Assembly: GCA_964517075.1 (NCBI GenBank) | Contig: CAZFAT010000360.1 | Span: 1-42,414, forward strand | Origin: an uncultured Solibacteraceae bacterium | Lineage (GTDB): Bacteria; Acidobacteriota; Vicinamibacteria; Vicinamibacterales; SCN-69-37 | Direction: 5' to 3' | Length of the DNA: 42,414 bases | Shown: positions 41,893-42,414 of the stretch, one piece after another | Position numbering within the stretch: position 1 is the first letter of the stretch | How the letters are laid out: each line of letters starts with the position of its first letter | Program-made: the position numbers and the translations under genes | Notes under the pieces: model-generated | Seen by the model: only the letters and a program-made list of their open reading frames with translations | Databases searched by the model: none | What the model was told of the DNA's origin: nothing

Positions 41893-42364
41893 CTACAAAC
41901 TCCAGAATCTCCGCGCGGCTGTAAGTCTCCGATCCCCAATAGGGATAGTCCCCGACTGACGCGACCAGACCGGCACGCACCGGATTCATCACGATGTAGG
42001 CGACGACATCCTTCACATCCTCATCAAATCGCAGTGTCCGATCGACGAAGCTGCGTTGCCAGAGTCTCTGACCGTTCGTCTTCCGGAACGCAAACGCGGT
42101 CTCCTGCTTCAGAAACCTGACCAGTTCCAAGGCATTGGCTCTGATTCCGGTCGCGGTCACAAGCAGATGGACGTGGTTGGGCATGAAGCAGTACGCAAGA
42201 ACTGCAAACGACCACGCACCGGTTGTACGACGAAATTGCTCGAGCACCAGGGTGACTGCCCCGCCGTCCTGAAACGTCGTGCGTCGGTCGAGCGTGCAGA
42301 ACGTGAGGAAATAGCGATAGCAGCCGATGTAATCGAACCCTTTGATGCGAGGAGGCCGCGACAT
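41861..42364 (-). CDS. REP-associated tyrosine transposase (RAYT; IS200-like Y1/HUH transposase)
   Basis: YFLTFCT, FMPNHVHLLV (HUH), LWQRSFVDR and VVAYIVMNPVRAGLV (catalytic Tyr helix) resemble E. coli RayT/YafM. The last roughly 10 codons (GRPEGRPLHC) and the stop are encoded by the REP doublet. Confidence 0.85.
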   Translation of the reverse strand: MSRPPRIKGFDYIGCYRYFLTFCTLDRRTTFQDGGAVTLVLEQFRRTTGAWSFAVLAYCFMPNHVHLLVTATGIRANALELVRFLKQETAFAFRKTNGQRLWQRSFVDRTLRFDEDVKDVVAYIVMNPVRAGLVASVGDYPYWGSETYSRAEILEFVGRPEGRPLHC

Positions 42365-42384
42365 CGGAGCGCACGTTTCGCAAC

Positions 42385-42403
42385 GATGGTGCCAGGTCGG
42401 CGG
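42385..42403 (+). repeat. degenerate REP (GATGGTG-CC-[left arm missing]-AGGTCGGCGGG) upstream of the RAYT gene
   Basis: Compare with GATGGAG-CC-GCCGACCTTTAGGTCGGCGG, the reverse complement of 41832-41860 (REP 41834-41860 plus 2 flanking nt). The window ends at 42414, so the context is incomplete. Confidence 0.4.
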
Positions 42404-42414
42404 GTCCGCTTCGC

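Noticed and set aside
1-42414. tRNA, rRNA, riboswitch or toxin-antitoxin/defence-type modules
   Set aside because: All intergenic gaps are shorter than 190 bp. None shows a cloverleaf-compatible or other recognisable RNA-gene pattern by eye. No nuclease, ATPase, methylase or small paired-ORF architecture typical of defence or TA loci was seen.

Overview
Visibly GC-rich (about two-thirds G+C by eye, not computed), gene-dense bacterial chromosomal DNA. The gene content suggests Acidobacteriota or a related lineage (inference): an ADOP-type orphan permease, a plug-plus-barrel TonB-dependent receptor, a Tat-exported Gfo/Idh/MocA enzyme next to a DUF1080 protein, and a PVC-type CxxCH heme protein. 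I support 34 protein-coding genes. Two are absent from the supplied ORF track: a roughly 1030-codon heme protein that runs off the left edge, and a 50-aa lmo0937-type membrane peptide. Many long track ORFs are antisense or off-frame shadows. Functions are mostly housekeeping or accessory metabolism: pruA, ferritin, acyl-CoA desaturase, ndh, a MopB molybdoenzyme, yggX, a POT peptide transporter, an M20 peptidase, NfeD-SPFH, and an aldarate/uronate cluster with gudD, a gudP-like gene, a garL-like gene and a Tat-signal UxuA-like protein. I found no rRNA, tRNA or CRISPR array. The most interesting signals are mainly non-coding. (1) A REP-associated tyrosine transposase gene is bracketed by its own REP hairpins, and the same 27-nt REP unit (GATGGAG-NN-GCCGACCTTCAGGTCGGC) is scattered through the window. 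Copies lie inside the 5' coding end of the TonB receptor and over the stop codon of a LigD-PE gene. (2) Three families of low-GC, short-period (mostly 7-bp) intergenic arrays carry phased stop codons: (AGGTTAG)n, (TCTGACT)n and CAAT/ATTG arrays. (3) A -10-like hexamer recurs 5-7 nt before start codons that lack a Shine-Dalgarno, which suggests widespread leaderless transcription. (4) A 1032-aa outer-membrane protein fuses an MA-clan HExxH domain and PD40 propeller repeats to an Omp85 barrel with no recognisable POTRA region. All functional calls rest on motif recognition by eye. No database search was run.
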